NCBI GenBank assembly: GCA_043228905.1 | Contig: JBHGNT010000013.1 | Location: forward strand, 16,554,001 to 16,618,000 | From: Azolla caroliniana | Lineage: Eukaryota; Plantae; Polypodiophyta | DNA length: 64,000 nt | Reading direction: 5' to 3' | Shown here: positions 1 to 14,632 of the stretch, in pieces | Layout of the letters: the number at the start of each line of letters is the position of its first letter | Numbering within the stretch: position 1 is the stretch's first letter | The notes under the pieces: model-generated | What the model was told of the DNA's origin: nothing | What the model saw: the letters and a program-made list of their open reading frames with translations, nothing else | The model's database searches: none | Program-made: the position numbers and the translations under genes

Positions 1-436
1 TTTTCAAAGTAGGGTCTTTTGTCGGTGGATTGTAAATAATTCCCAATGACTTTTTTCTTTCACAATACAAAAAAGGGATGTAAATAATTCCAAAAGGAAA
101 ATATTCTCTTCCTATTTATATGTAAGATGGGTCCTTTGTTGACAAGTAAAATAGATGTTGTCACGGAGACTAAGGGTGAGCCGATGATTAGTAGAGAGGC
201 AAAACTAGACAACAAGGTGGATTGTTGCGAGTGCCAAGCATTGGGGTGGGGGAGGTGTATCCCATGTAGGCGCTACGTATCATGTTGCTCTCATGGAATA
301 ACAAGTTAGTGGTTGGCGGGGTGGTGGATCAATTATCTGGTTAGTGGACGGATGGCGATGAACCTTGATGAGCATTCCACTCCCTAGGGGCAAGTAGAGA
401 TACTTATTACTTGGGCTACAATGGCAGCCAATTTCA

Positions 437-439
437 TAC

Positions 440-470
<31 letters not shown>

Positions 471-516
471 CATACATACATACATACATACATACATACA
501 TACATACATACATACA

Positions 517-548
<32 letters not shown>

Positions 549-562
549 CATATATGAATACA
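437..562. repeat. (TACA)n/(TA)n microsatellite
   Basis: About 20 consecutive TACA units flanked by TACATA variants; explains the MYVC-repeat ORFs at 280..639 and 384..599. Confidence 0.95.
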
Positions 563-982
563 TACACGGATACATACATAGACATATATGATATATCAAT
601 ATGTAATGTAGTGGATAAACACCATATATATATATACATATCCCTGTCTCTGTCTCTGTCTCTGTTCCTGTCTTTTGCCTTTTATCCTGACCATGGCAGC
701 TGTGAGCTCAGTACAGTGTGATCTGTCTTCTATGCATCTATATGCAGATCTCCTCTAGCTTCTCACAACTTGTTCTTTTGCATACCCCCCCCCCTTCCCC
801 CCATTTTTGGGGTTGGTTTCAGAGGTTCTCTCTCTGTTTCCTGCTTTTTCCACTACCTTAGATCTATTTACAACAAGGTGGGAATCCTTACAAAACGCTT
901 ACCACTCGATTTCTCCGCTCTTTGAGGTGTTTCTAGGGTTTTGTGGATTCTCAGCTTTCTAGGGTTTAGGGTTGAGATAAAT

Positions 983-3900
983 ATGAAAGAGAGGGGAGGT
1001 AAGCTGTTTGATGCTTTCTCATCAGAGAAGATGTCCAAAATGCTCCCTTTAGCATTGTCGGTGCTTGCCCTGTTCTCACTCTTCTTTTACCTTGGGAGTA
1101 TTTATGGCTCTAGTAAGGATCAGGTCGTCGAGAATGTGGTTGCTGGAACTGATGTGAAAGCATCCGAATGCAGCAGGCCTGGTTCAAATCTGAAGCTGAC
1201 CCTGCAGGAGTTCAAGTCCTGCAACATATCACTTCAAGACTATACCCCATGCACTGATCCTGCCGTAAGTCCCTCTGTTTCATCTTCTTACTTCTCTTGT
1301 AATCATGTTAGTTCTCGTTATCGAGGCAGTTTTGGTAATTTTCTTAGTCTTTGTAATAGTGGTACTTCTCTTGAAATTGTGTTAGATACTGTTATTGTGC
1401 TAGTTCCAGTATCAATCATGTTAGTTCTCCTGTACTGTTATTACTGGTGAACTGATGATGTAATTGTGACCTCAAGCAATGGTATGTGTAGAGATGGCGA
1501 AAATATGATAGGAATCGAATGGCATTTCGAGAACGCCACTGTCCTCCTCCATCTGAGAGGATAGATTGCCTAATACCTCCACCTGAGGGCTACAAAATAC
1601 CCATCCTATGGCCTCGCAGTAGGGATGAATGCTGGTACAGGTGAGGTTTTCCAGCCCAAATTTGTACAGATTAATGAACGGTTGATGCAAATTTTCATTT
1701 AAAATGAATGAAATAATTCACACATGGTTTAGGCACAATGTTCCAAAAACTTTTTTTGCTTTTAATGTATGAAATCATAGGAAGTTATGAGAAAACACCT
1801 TAAATTTGTAGCAATTTTCACAATGTTCCTAAAATTTCCCTTGCTTTATCGTAGGTAATTATGAGCAAGTTCTACAATTCTTAGAATTTTAGCAGAAAAT
1901 GCATAGTTTTCTATGAGATTTTGTTCACTTGATAAATGTCTGAGTGAGGGGTTAAATTTTCAACCAGCATTTTACTGAACCAAGAGATATTTTTCTGAAA
2001 TACCACTTTGACTCAACAATTTGCTTAAACAAACCAGTTAAAAGGTTGGTTTAAATCTCAGCTTTTAATGTGCCAAGTCTTTACGTGGTGGTGGGCTGCA
2101 GGAATGTGCCTTACAATTGGATTAATGAGATCAAAGCAAACCAGAGATGGATGCAGAAGGAAGGGGAGAAGTTCTTCTTTCCTGGAGGAGGTACGATGTT
2201 TCCTAATGGCGTCGATGAATATCTGAATCAGATGGAGGAACTCCTTCCAGAAATGAAAGATGGGACCATCCGAACTGCGCTCGATACTGGATGTGGGGTT
2301 CGTTTCTTCTTCTTTTCAGAAGCATCGAAAAGGGACTTTGGTTTTATCCCAACAGTTTTTATATAAGCCCAAATAGGTATTTTTATTCTGAACTTATGTC
2401 TTTATTTTAATTTAGGTGGCTAGTTGGGGGGGATATCTCTTGGAACGAGGGATATTGACCATGTCCTTAGCTCCTCGAGATAATCATGAAGCCCAAGTGC
2501 AATTTGCTCTTGAAAGAGGAATACCTGCCATGCTAGGAGTGATCTCCACTCAACGATTACCATACCCTGCTAATGCTTTTGATATGGCTCATTGTTCTCG
2601 ATGCCTTATCCCATGGACTGACTATGGTAGGTTGTGCATATGCTATTCCCCTGTAGGCTTTTATATTTTTCATTAATAGAGCGTTTATCATTTTCTTCAA
2701 CAATTGGATGTCAGGTGGTGTTAATCTACTTGAGGTTGATAGGGTTCTTCGTCCCGGAGGCTTTTGGGTGCTCTCAGGGCCCCCAGTCAATTACGAGGTT
2801 CACTGGAAAGGGTGGGATTCAACTGAGGAAAAGCAGAGATCCAATCTTGAAAAGCTTCAAGATCTTCTCCACCGGATGTGCTATACACAATATGCTATGA
2901 AAGGTGACATTGCAATCTGGCAAAAGCCTGTGGATGATAAATGCTATAATAACCGTCAAGAGGATATCATCCCACCTCTTTGTGATGACAGCATTGATCC
3001 AGATGCAGCATGGTAGGTTATGCAATTTGTTTCTTGCATGTTTCCTGAAGAACGTGCTAGTTTATGCTTAATGAATGGACATTAGTGTCTCACATTTGTG
3101 ATATATCAATGAATGGCTTACATATATCATAGGTATGTTCCTGTGCGTCCTTGCATCGTGAAAACAAGCTTAGCATTCCAGCATCTCGGAGTAGGACAGA
3201 CACCAAAATGGCCAGGCCGCTTGAATGAAGCTCCAGAAAGGGCAAAGCTATTTTCTGGTGGTAGCCAGGGTGGCTTTAAGAAGGATACTAGAATATGGCA
3301 AAGTGTCGTAAACTACTATAAGAGTATACTTCCGGAGCTAAAGACTAACAAGCTAAGGAATGTAATGGATATGAACACGAAGTATGGTGGCTTTGCAGCA
3401 GCATTAATTAACAACCCTGTGTGGGTGATGAATGTAGTATCTTCATATGCTGCAAATTCTCTTGGTGTCATTTATGACCGTGGATTGATCGGGACAGTGA
3501 ATGATTGGTTGGTCTTCTGTTTTTTTCTTTGCAATTGCTTGAATAATGTGTAGCAAGAGGCTCAACTTAACCTGTGTGTTCAGGTGTGAGGCATTTTCAA
3601 CCTATCCCCGGACTTATGACCTGCTTCATGTTGATGGTCTTTTCACTTCCGAGAGCCACAGGTACTTTGTTTTGTCTATGTTACCTTGATAAAAGATTTA
3701 CAATGACGGTGCACAACATTTTTATTTGATAGTTTTAATAACCGTGTTAAAAAACTGAAGATCTATTAAAATATTTTCACATCTGATTTTATGTTTTAAT
3801 AAATTTAAGTAGGTTTATCCTCTCTAACCGGAAAGCCAACACACAATGCTTTAGCATGAGTGTATTACACAATGTCTATATCCTAGTGCCTCATACTAGT

Positions 3901-4221
3901 TTTACTCGTTTGAAGCGTCATTGTGTATAGTTGTCAGTATGAGTTGAACTAGACCGAGTTTGACTTGCATATGTATTTATTTCCTATCTGCTCAACAGGT
4001 GCGAGATGAAGTATGTGCTCCTTGAGATGGATCGTATCTTGAGACCTGAAGGGTATGTGATAGTCCGTGATGCGCCAAATTTCATTAATGATGTGTCCAC
4101 ACTCGGAGAAGCAATGCGGTGGAAATGCAAGAAACACCCGACGGAGAAAGCTGACAACAATGCTGAACAAATTCTTGTATGTCAGAAGACATTTTGGAGA
4201 TCACCAGATGATAAGCTGTAA
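983..4221 (+). CDS. PMT21: Golgi SAM-dependent methyltransferase, Methyltransf_29 family, PMT20/PMT21(ERD3)-like; 8 exons
   Basis: Exons 983-1264, 1492-1640, 2102-2297, 2416-2626, 2715-3012, 3133-3507, 3584-3661, 3999-4221, all GT-AG and in phase. N-terminal TM helix; motifs [82 protein letters not shown]. Confidence 0.93.
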
Positions 4222-6403
4222 GAAAAGAAAAGAAAGTTTTAGCAGCTATTTATTTCCCTTGTCAGGTTGACACTAGTTTGAGTGCATCATAAAAGTGGAT
4301 ATGGTCTGCCAACATTATACACAATGACGTAAGCAGGAGCAGTTACATCCCCCTGATTATTTGATTTATTGGTAGCCCATGAAAATGGGTTACTTTCTGA
4401 TCAATTATGAAGAATTGCTTGTCATGTAATGACATTAGTAGGAAAACATAATTGATTGGAGATAATTAAGAAGATTATGTGGAAACTTATTGTCAAAAGT
4501 TACAAGTATTTTGGAGCAAACAATTTGAAATTAACAGATGTGAAAATATAGGAATGCCATCGACTTAATCAATTTCATGGGTCAGTACTTAAAAAAGGTG
4601 TGTTGGGTGGGTTGGCATTAAAGGAGAGGGCAAGGTGATGTTCTATGATGAACAAATAGATTGATTTCCTACATCCCTTGATGGATCTATGTCTTTGGCC
4701 CATGGGAGGGGCATTGATAAAAGAACAAGGAATCAGCAAAATAAAACCTTTATGGAGAGAACGAGACATATAAATGAAGAGACATGCATTTTTTTATGGA
4801 GATTTATGTACACAAATATTGTAGAGTAAGTTGGAGTTGAGAAATGGGACAGAGGCTTTCATTCTTGGGTGCCCGGTGTTTTCTTGATATTTAAGTGGGT
4901 TTGGTGAGCTAATTGGTTATAGGTGGTTGATGCATCACAAATATTACTGTAGGTTGGCTTGCTTTGATGATTCGATTTCCATTTTTTATTTCTGTAACCA
5001 ATACTAATGACGATAATTATCTATGGTTGTTTGGTCTTGGCCACACTAGTTTCAAAAGTATTACAGGTTGGTGATTCTGTATTTGATATAAAGCTTTAAA
5101 TCCCTCGAATAAGCAGATTAGGTGGTTGAATTTTATAATAAAGATAAACTTGCTTTCAAACTTTTTATTGGGAAAATGCTTCTACCAACATTTTCTAGAT
5201 GCACTGCCCAGATCATGTGCTTTGAAAAAATAAACAATCATTAGGCTAGATATGGAATCATAAAATTTTGCACTCAATTACTACAAACTTTAGAAAAAGG
5301 CGCAAAGGGAGCACAGATTTTAAAAAGTTGGGTCTCTTCAAAGGAAAATCAGCAGCATATTATTTGATTATTTTTGTAACACAATATGTTGCTTCTGAAG
5401 GAAGGCCAATAGAATATTTCCATCCAATATGTCAATAATTTGTAAGCATTATAATTTGATTTTTATGCTTCGAAATTTATTATATTACATTGGCTAATTA
5501 ATTTGAATGTTAAGAAGATAAAAAGCCCATGTTTGTTGTTATTCTTCAGATTTGTCTTAAGTTACATGCGTCTTCTTATAAACTAGTGAAATCAATATTG
5601 GTATTCTAGTGTCAAAGTAACTAATATATTAGTAGTCATGCCATTATGCACTATAACGTTTAGTACTCTCTAAAAGGCGCAACAGTATGTTTCTAATGCG
5701 CAAAAAACTTCTTTCTAAAATGTGACTTCTTCCTAATGCGTAAAAAACTTCCAATAATAAGAAGATGATAATACCTTAAAGATACCCAAATAATGCATCA
5801 CATATGCATCACCTTTTCGAATCAATCATGTAGCTTTCTTAATCTCATTGTATAATTCAAGAAATAAGAATATCACAAGTCTCTTTTACAAAATAAAACA
5901 CCTACAAATAATGCTGATAATGACAGAGATGAGGAACCAATTGAGAGTTTAGTATGCAAGTGACCTTTGATATCCCAGGTTTGACCATAAAAGACCTCTA
6001 ACCACTCAAGCATGCATACACTACATCAATGCTTGCACAAAGTATGTTCATATTGAAGGGAAAAAATAAGGCTGCAAACATGCACCAACGGAATTCTTAT
6101 TGGTGCATTCTTCTATGAAATCCATGCCACCATTTTATGCCGTCATGTTAGCATATGAAAATACCTTAGAAGCCATGTGAAAAGAAGCAGGAAAGGACAA
6201 TTACGGGTGTAAACTTTTGGAGTGGATTTTCCCAATAAGGAGATTAATATCCCAAAAGACTTCAAGAATGATTGCAATCAGACAAAAAAGACCAGTGCAC
6301 TTGAATTACTCTTTCAACATGGAAAAGAGAAATTTTATCCCTAGAATTCAGAGAAGATTCTCTCTGAAATCTGCTATCCCATGTACATATTCCACTAATG
6401 GTG

Positions 6404-9039
6404 TTAATCTGTATACTTGCTTGTGTGAGAATCATTCTTTACATTGTAAGGCCCTCGTGATGGAGGCTCTCCAACTAAATACCTGTTCACAAAGTCACTT
6501 TCAACACATGCAAGCATTGATGGAAGACTAATATTTGTGATACCTCTGTCTGTCAATTTTTCAAACCGAGGTTTTATTCTTTTCTCCAGACTGTAACCAA
6601 AGTACTGGCATCCCATAGTGAACATACAGTAGAAAAAAGATATTAGAATATAGAAACAAAGAATTTTGGATTATATAGCGAGATGGAAGACATTAGCTGA
6701 GGAAAATACCTGAGGAAAATCTATGATATCCCTTGGTGAACGTTTCATAACATCGACCAAGTACTTGTATTTAGGCTCCAGAGTTAGCTCAATATTTTGA
6801 CCAAACATCGACGGGAAAAGAACAAGAATTTTGATCACATCTTTTCTCTCGAGCCCAATATCGATAAAAAAGTTTATCTTGGGAGTAATATTCTTTTCAA
6901 TACTATAGCATAAGAGCTGTGCATTCCGAACCAAAAGCCTCTCCAAGTCCTTCTTTTCTTGCAGCCCAATAGCACGCAGATATTCAACAACAGGTTTCAG
7001 TCTCTCTTCACAGTTCAAGGTCAGCACCTGCAAACCAACAATATATACAATTTCATCATCAAACATGTATTATATTAGGAAGCAATATGAACAGAAGAAT
7101 ATACAGCATGCATTCATTCAATGGAGAAGTGTCATGACTTTACAAAGGAATAGTTGTGAGCAATGTTGATGTCTATGAACTATTACCAAAGAAGATACAC
7201 GCGAAATGTTCTGGTTAATCATTTGCTACAGGTTGAAGATCGTTTAGTCAAAGTAATGACATTTTTGTTTTAAACAATTTCAAAAGGTGTGATTGGATTT
7301 CCTAGTTTATGAGAACATAAGAAATAATTTGAGAATCCGCCATGGACACACTTCTCAAGGATGGTTTGAAAAAAATATCATTCGCCTTGTCAAACATAAA
7401 AGATAATTTCTGAAGACTAGAGTAATTAGTTAACTATAACCAAAATCCTGACACAGAAAAGGGGAGAACACCTAGCCCCTAAATATTGTTGCATGATAGA
7501 CCATTTTGTGCAAGTATACGACACAGAAATATTTCTCTGTTTCTATACGGTGTTTTCTAGTTGTTTCCCAAGATTTATTTCACAACATCCTAATTCTTTA
7601 TTTGTTTCAAAATGTTGCTACGCTCTATAGTCTAGCCCACTCTACTCTTTAGGTTCATGCATAGCATTATTTATAGGCATATTTTAAAGAATCTTTTTAT
7701 AGTATCATACCTGTGGAGCTTGTGTGACAATTTTTGCAAGCATTTGATCTGTTACTCCAAGCTCCCTTAGATACAGTAATGTTGGTTCAAGGCCTCCTAT
7801 AGTATAACCCAGCAGTTGAGGTCGCCGTACCAGTACTTTTCCCAAATTATTCGGTTTAACTCCCAGTTCTAATAAGTAGTTTACCATAGGAACCATTTTC
7901 CTTTTAGGGTCAATCAAAAGAACTTCAGCAAACCTACGAACAAGCCTCGACACATCGGTTGACGAGATGTATTCAGATAGGTAGTCATATGCTTGTTTCA
8001 TACAATCTAAGTCAAACTGTAGAAGATTTGGACGGCGTGCAATACCTTTGCCTAATGCCCCGCCATACAAGCCAACTTCCTTTAAGAAACCCAATCTAGA
8101 CCTCATATTCTCTCTCAAGCTTGGAGAGAAAAGGTCCGGAACCTTTACCATCAATCTTGTAAGGTCTTTGACTAATACACCAAATTCTAGCAAGGACTCT
8201 ATCGTGTAACGAACATCCTCTGCTGTTGCATTTAGAGCTTGGGGCCGTTTCTTTAGAACTAACAATACATCTTCTGCTGACAGACCAATGGAGAGGAGAT
8301 ATTTGACACTTAGCCTCAACTCTTGTAGATCATGGTCAGGAAACCGAGGATGGTGAGCTAGAATACGCAAAGTTTCTTCTTTTTCTAAGCCTAATCCATC
8401 CAAGAATGCTACAGAATTTTGCAACATTGACACATCTGCATTAAGCAAATAAGGGTACTTGAAAAGAATAGCGTTTATTGTACTTCCTCCAACACCTGTA
8501 ATCTCAATCAATGCTGTTATGCAGCTTATGACATGATCAATTGAGGTGCTTGCAGATGTCTTTTGCAGATATTTCAACAATGTTGTTTCGTCGACTCCTA
8601 GATGCTCTAATTTGAGCCTATCGAGGACAGAAAGCTGTATCGATGTTGTCTTGTTCTTTGGAGATTTTCTACCATCCAACTTCCGCTCTCTCTTTAGAGA
8701 AGTAGAATGATCATGTTCAAAGTCGACAGCACTTATCTGCTCTGTCTCGCAGACTAACTTTTGGGTTGCTTTAACATGAAATGGGAAGTGTTTCAGAGGC
8801 TCAGGGCCTGACCATGATGATGAAACAAGGCGTTTTGAAATCAAAGAGGCATGAGATAAAGAGTTGATCTTCACACATTTTTTGTCAAGAGAAAGGTCAG
8901 GAACAAATAAGATGTGAAAGGCTCTTCCTTTCTGAACACAGGGTGGCCAGACATGGCGACAGAAGCAATTTGCCTCCATCACTTGCATCTTGTTTGTGCA
9001 GAGATTTATCCAAGGGCTAGAATGCTGGCGTATGAGCAT
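6404..9039 (-). CDS. mTERF: mTERF family organellar transcription termination/RNA-processing factor; 3 coding exons
   Basis: Exons 9039-7711, 7027-6710, 6604-6404. Repeated ~32-aa Leu-rich mTERF units (LKPVVEYLRAIGL, MVPMVNYLLELGV, RRPQLLGY) and terminal FPQYFGYSLEKRIKPR. Start ATG could be 9039 or slightly downstream. A 5' UTR intron is predicted at 9235-9117. Confidence 0.88.
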
Positions 9040-9620
9040 CGAATTCAAAGCAGAGGCTTTGAGATATCGGACCTCAATCGAGCTTCTCTATGGCCAGAGC
9101 CCCATAACAGGGAATCCTAAGAGCAGGGCATTGAGCAGACACAATGAGAGCCCAAAAACCTAAAACCCTGAAACCCAAAATCCCAGACCCAACATACTTC
9201 AGAGCAAAGGCTTCCTTCTAGACAGATTTCCTTACCGCACAGAACAGATTATCTTCAGATTTTCCTTCTAGGGCGACAGGGGTCATTCCATTCAGCAGTA
9301 CAGGCAGCAGGAGGTTAGAATTGTGTGTCATGCGGAGGGGGGGGGATGGATGGATATATGTAGTCTTCTGAGGTGCTGTATGCAATTAGGGTTTTAAGGA
9401 ACCTTACAACAAACAGAGTGGGGGAGAGAAGAGATGGATGGATGGATGGATGGATGGATAATAAGAGTCCAGCTAAAAATGGGCCTTCCAACACCTCCCA
9501 ACAAACATCTCCAAAATCGCTCTTCTTCCATAGTTGTCCGCGCGGCACCGCACTCTCCTCCATCCGTCCACTGAACTCTCTCGACTAATCTTTCCCGTAC
9601 ATTTTTGCCTAATCCATATC

Positions 9621-9761
9621 TTAGGGTTTTGGTGTACACATTACCAAGATAAATTGATAATGATATATCATTGACAACCTTACCCCAATCTGTTAGGGTT
9701 TGGTGTACACATTACCAAGATAAATTGATAGTGATATATCATTGACAACCTTGCCCCAATC
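9621..9761. repeat. tandem duplication, 2 x ~72 bp, each beginning with a telo-box (TTAGGGTTT)
   Basis: ttagggtttt ggtgtacacattaccaagataaattgata...acaacctt.ccccaatc occurs at ~9621 and ~9693. Confidence 0.9.
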
Positions 9762-10563
9762 CCTTGTTACTAAACATATTACTACATGAAACTCAAACAT
9801 ATTACTACACCAAAATACCCAACAACCTAAGCACTAACCATCATACATGTAAGCACACCCACTTGCAAGTACGTTTTAGCTTAACTTTTAACTCATGTTA
9901 AATGGTAAGCACCTACTCCCCCATAAACATAGCCTTATCACGTCAGAAGCAAATTGTATGAAAGCCTCCATTTCCACAAAATGTGTGAATTCCAAGTTTG
10001 ATTTGTTGGCTACTTGCTTCATTACTTTTGGTTTGAGCTATAGGCTGCCTAAAATGTTGTGGGAAGCAATAGAAGGTTGACAATCATGCTATAGGCTTAT
10101 AATGGTTTAAGTGACACCATGCATCATGATCTTGGTATTGCAAGGTAACCACTCATACTAATTAATCATGTTGCATACTTGGTATCCTTTGTTAGAGTGT
10201 GTTTTATATTGTATTTAGGGTTCCCTCCACATTCAACATGTAGGAACTAGCCTATGGAATGAGAAAGTCACTCACTCAATAAGCAAGAGACATTTACAGT
10301 ATGTGACTTCAATTATGTCTTCAATTAGTTGAGGCTGTACAAGTCATAAAATAGTCTTCCTTCCCTTTCATAGACAAGCGCAACTTCAAGAATAAGTCAA
10401 TATTAAATTACATTGATTTTTAAGCACCACTTTACTTGCCACATGTGAAAACATTGATCCATAGGCAATACAATAAGTTGAAGCAATCCGAATGCATAGA
10501 CAGGAAGTGGGGTAATATCAAACACTTACGTGAAAAGTGATAACCTTGTGGATCATATTATTG

Positions 10564-10813
10564 AAGATTACCATCGAATGCGCATAAGGGAAAAATATGG
10601 TTTATGTTAACTGAATAAAAAGGTTATTGATAACAATGAATGTAATGGCATATCAGTCACAACAAATTCCATTACAGCCTTCAACTTTCAAGTAAGATTA
10701 CCATTGAATGCGCATAATGGAAAAATATGTGGTTTATGATAACCAAATAAAAAGGTTATTGATAGCAATGAATGTTACGGCATATCAATCACAACAAATT
10801 CCATTACAGCCTT
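10564..10813. repeat. tandem duplication, 2 x ~130 bp
   Basis: aagattacca.tgaatgcgcataa...acaacaaattccattacagccttc at 10564 and 10694. Confidence 0.9.
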
Positions 10814-11177
10814 CCTTAGGTCAAAACAATTAAGAGTTACATCCATGACAACTTCCAAGAAGAGTCAGTTTATGAGCTGAATACTGGAGTTTATTCGTCA
10901 AATAATAATGAAATCGCAGCCATCTTGGAATGTTGAGGTTAGAGGCTAGAGACTCCGAAGATCAAAGAATCAATTATTGAAGAGTTGACACTCTTCAACA
11001 TCCACTCTGCTTATTACATCAAATCTGGCAAATGAACCTCTGATTCCTACGGCAGCTTGTAACTTACTGCTGCCAAGAATGGGCACAAAAAAGGACACCA
11101 AGATATGGACAAATCTCTAATGGATGTTGAACCTAAAAGAATCATTCAACAGCTCAAACAGCAAATACAAATACACT

Positions 11178-14100
11178 TCAGTGAACGCCCAGTCCATGTT
11201 GTAATAGAGATTTAGAAATCACAGCCCTTGACTGCTCACATAATTTATCCGGATTAGATCCACGTATTGGTGGATGAACAATAAGCTTCACATTTCCCGA
11301 TCTCAATGTACCTTCAAAGCCATTTGGCATCAGTTTTCCTGTTCCAATCAAGCTTATCGGAACTACTGGAACATTTTGTTTGGCAGCAATTGTAAATGCG
11401 CCTCTCTATAAATACCACCACAAATAACAGATAATTGTAGTGAGACATAACAGATGACCTTAATCAGTGTGGAGCAATATTCCGTTTTATATCCAGTAAC
11501 AATTTTACAAACTACAAAATACCTTAAACTGGCCCATCTTCCCATCTCTTGATCTTGTACCTTCAGGAAAGAAAAAAACTGAAGCCCCCTGCTTGACCAA
11601 GTTCAAACAGTGCTTTAAGCATTCCTACAAGGAAAGATAACCTGGCCTTAATCCAGAGTCAATAAAAAAGACATATGTACTAATCAATGGGCCTATCCCT
11701 ATCCTTGTTATTCTGCAGGTAACAATGACCACGATTACGTTGCATTAAAGAAAGTGAGCTGAACTAAATTCAAAAGAAAAGTATACCATCTGACTTCTTG
11801 TATCCATGCGACGTAAAGGTACATGACCAGTGAGATACATTGACCACCCAATTATAGGTATCAAAAAGTTGCTGGTCTTGCTGATGAATTTAAAAGGCCT
11901 TCCAAGAAGAAACAAAGTATATATATCCAGAAAACTTTGATGGTTTGATATGTAAACTGCTGGTTCATCAAGTCCAGGCAAGTTCTCTAGACCTTGGATC
12001 TCAGCCTTGTAAAAGAAAAGAATGGTGAGGCTTGACCATATTTTATTTATGAAGTGCTGAGCTTTGCGTCGATGCTTATCAAATACCAAAACAAATGGCT
12101 GTATCACCAACATGACAAGGAACAGGGGTAGGGCAACAATATAAGTAGTGAAGTAGAAACAAAATGCACGAAGTCTCTGCAAAATAGTTGGAGCTGCAGA
12201 AAATAAGTAAACAAAATGTCAGAAGTTGCCACTTTGCAAACAAATGCTATTGAAAATGTTTTGTCATTCTAAACCAAGAAAATGTAAAGCGTCAAGAATT
12301 AGATGTTGTCCAGTCCCCTGCCATAGTCAGAAGAATTATAGGCCTTAAACAAAACATTTCCAAGTATGTTGCTTTAGCCAAGTAGACAATAGCCATGTAC
12401 AACATGTGGGTTCAATAAATCTAAGGACTATTATATTATCTTAAGATTGGGTGAAGACTATGACAATATTGTTGCAGCATTGAAGATACGAAGGAGAAAC
12501 CTTCTCTTGAGGAACTTCAACAAGATCGTCTTGATGAGGAGAATCTATGGAGCAAATCGACAGACACTGAACCTTCTCCAAATATAGAGAAAACAAAAGT
12601 GTGAATGCAAGTAGAAAGAAAAGAAAAGGTCCTTACAGAAACCTTGCTATGATAAATCATTCTCTGCCCTCTTACAATAAGGGCATTTAGAAATGGAAAT
12701 TGAAGAAGCTCTACATCTACAACTATGCCATCGTTTATCGCAAAATAGGTCATCATGTAAGAGATAATCAAAACAAAATCTTGGACGATTTATGGCAAAC
12801 GAAAGCTCTTATAATGACCCTTTGTTTATTTTTGAATGTGTTATTACTAATCACCAGGCTGAAAACAAGAATATATCTCAGAAACCTTTGTGCACTGAAA
12901 ATGAAGTAATCTCTATTATCATACAACACGACAAATATTTAGGCTGATATGATAGGATGAATATTTCATCTTTCTGAAGGAAACAAGAGGAAACAAGAAC
13001 ATCTGTAACATCAAATGCTGCATAAGAGAACGGAGGTATACACATCAGATGCACGATGCCAAAGGGGGGAGATTGTATCATTTTCCAACAATTTAACTAC
13101 AATAATGGTAATCATTCTCATTTCCCCCAATGTCATTACCATCAGTTCCTAGCAATGAACCTAGAACATAGGCAACATTTCTAGTGAATGTATGCTAGCA
13201 TTTATTTGCTTTTCAATAGCACGTTGAAACATAGAGTTTAAGGGAATTTGTAGCTTTAAAAGAATTGAGGTGTCTCTTTAGCACGCAGAAGACAAAAAGA
13301 AACTATAGAATTGCTCTATGACAAAATTTATTCATCAGATCTATGAAATTAGAGGATTATTGATGACATACAGATCAGAAGACCCACTTTGTAAGATTTA
13401 ACACAACTATACAAGTGGGAATAGCAATTGCAAGCATGAGGATCTTAACGCCATCCACATGACCACATGAGACTCACAGCCTTACTAATCAAGATATGTT
13501 TCTCTTTATTCCAAACGGAAGAATCTCACAAGCATTTCTCCTATTTCGAAACCCAATTGCCAACATTGACCTTGAGTTTTGGTGGGTATCAAATAAATGT
13601 ATTTTGCAAGATGATTTGTTTTCTTGCCGAAACCCATATCTAATATAAATATTATGACAGATAAAACAATCAATTGTGAGACAAGTCAGACTCTATATTC
13701 TATCCTTTGTAATAGTTGCTCCTTGTTTTAAATAGTCACAAATCACATTATTTCTGCCTAAAGAACTTAATGCTCATTAGAAAAGCACCCTTGCTTTCAA
13801 AACAATAAAAAAGCACACATACCCTAATGCTCACTAGGAAGGCACCTTCCATCCAAAAATTAGCTATGAGACCAACCACCTCAGCATATATTTAGGATGA
13901 CCAAGCATAGCGCATTAACATATATAGATAATAGTTAATAATTGCCAATCTTAACACATAAGAAAAAGAATAGGTCATCATAGGTAGTGAGCTCTATAGA
14001 CACATTATCTATTTCATATTCACACGCAGTTAAGAGAGGACAAATCGGTGAGACATGACATAACGTACTTCTTTACCTGGAAAAGAAGCTAAATCTTCAC

Positions 14101-14632
14101 TCCAGTCTGCATTTGAGACTTGAGAGACTGAAGCACCAGCACTGGTTTCACATCTTGTGGGTTTACACCTTCTGTAGTATTTTCTTTGAGAGAATTCATC
14201 TTTGTTATTAGCAAAAACTTCCAAGCGCTCACCAAAGGATGAATGAAGACTCCTACTCTCAGGACTAACCTGACCTGGTCAGTCAAAAGAAAATGAAGGA
14301 TTCACCAAATTCGCAGATAAAGGATACAATAATAAGATTATAAGTAGAACATTAATATTAAGCAATGGGCTCTGCAGAAGAAAAAATAAAAAGGTTTTCA
14401 AGATACAAAACTAGTATCAAGATTACACCAGTATTATTAAGCAATTAACTGAATTTAAAAACGAGTATACTATTCAGTTTCATGACATACCCTGTGACAC
14501 GCCTCTTAGACAGAGCTTAAAAGAAGGTCGCCCGCTTGCAGAAGAATAGTGGGAAAGAAAGCCCAATGGTGTTCTTTGTTGCAGGAGGTAGGCCGAATGT
14601 GCAAGGATGGGGTGGCACATGGAAGCTTCCAT
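11178..14632 (-). CDS. LPAT1: plastid 1-acyl-sn-glycerol-3-phosphate acyltransferase (LPAAT1/ATS2); 5 exons
   Basis: Exons 14632-14491, 14274-14077, 12193-11787, 11624-11523, 11405-11178. PlsC motifs NHQSFLDIY, FISK, FFPEGTRS, VPVVPISLIGTG; transit-peptide-like N-terminus. Confidence 0.92.

Noticed and set aside
280-639. ORFs with MYVC repeats
   Set aside because: Translation artefacts of the (TACA)n microsatellite.
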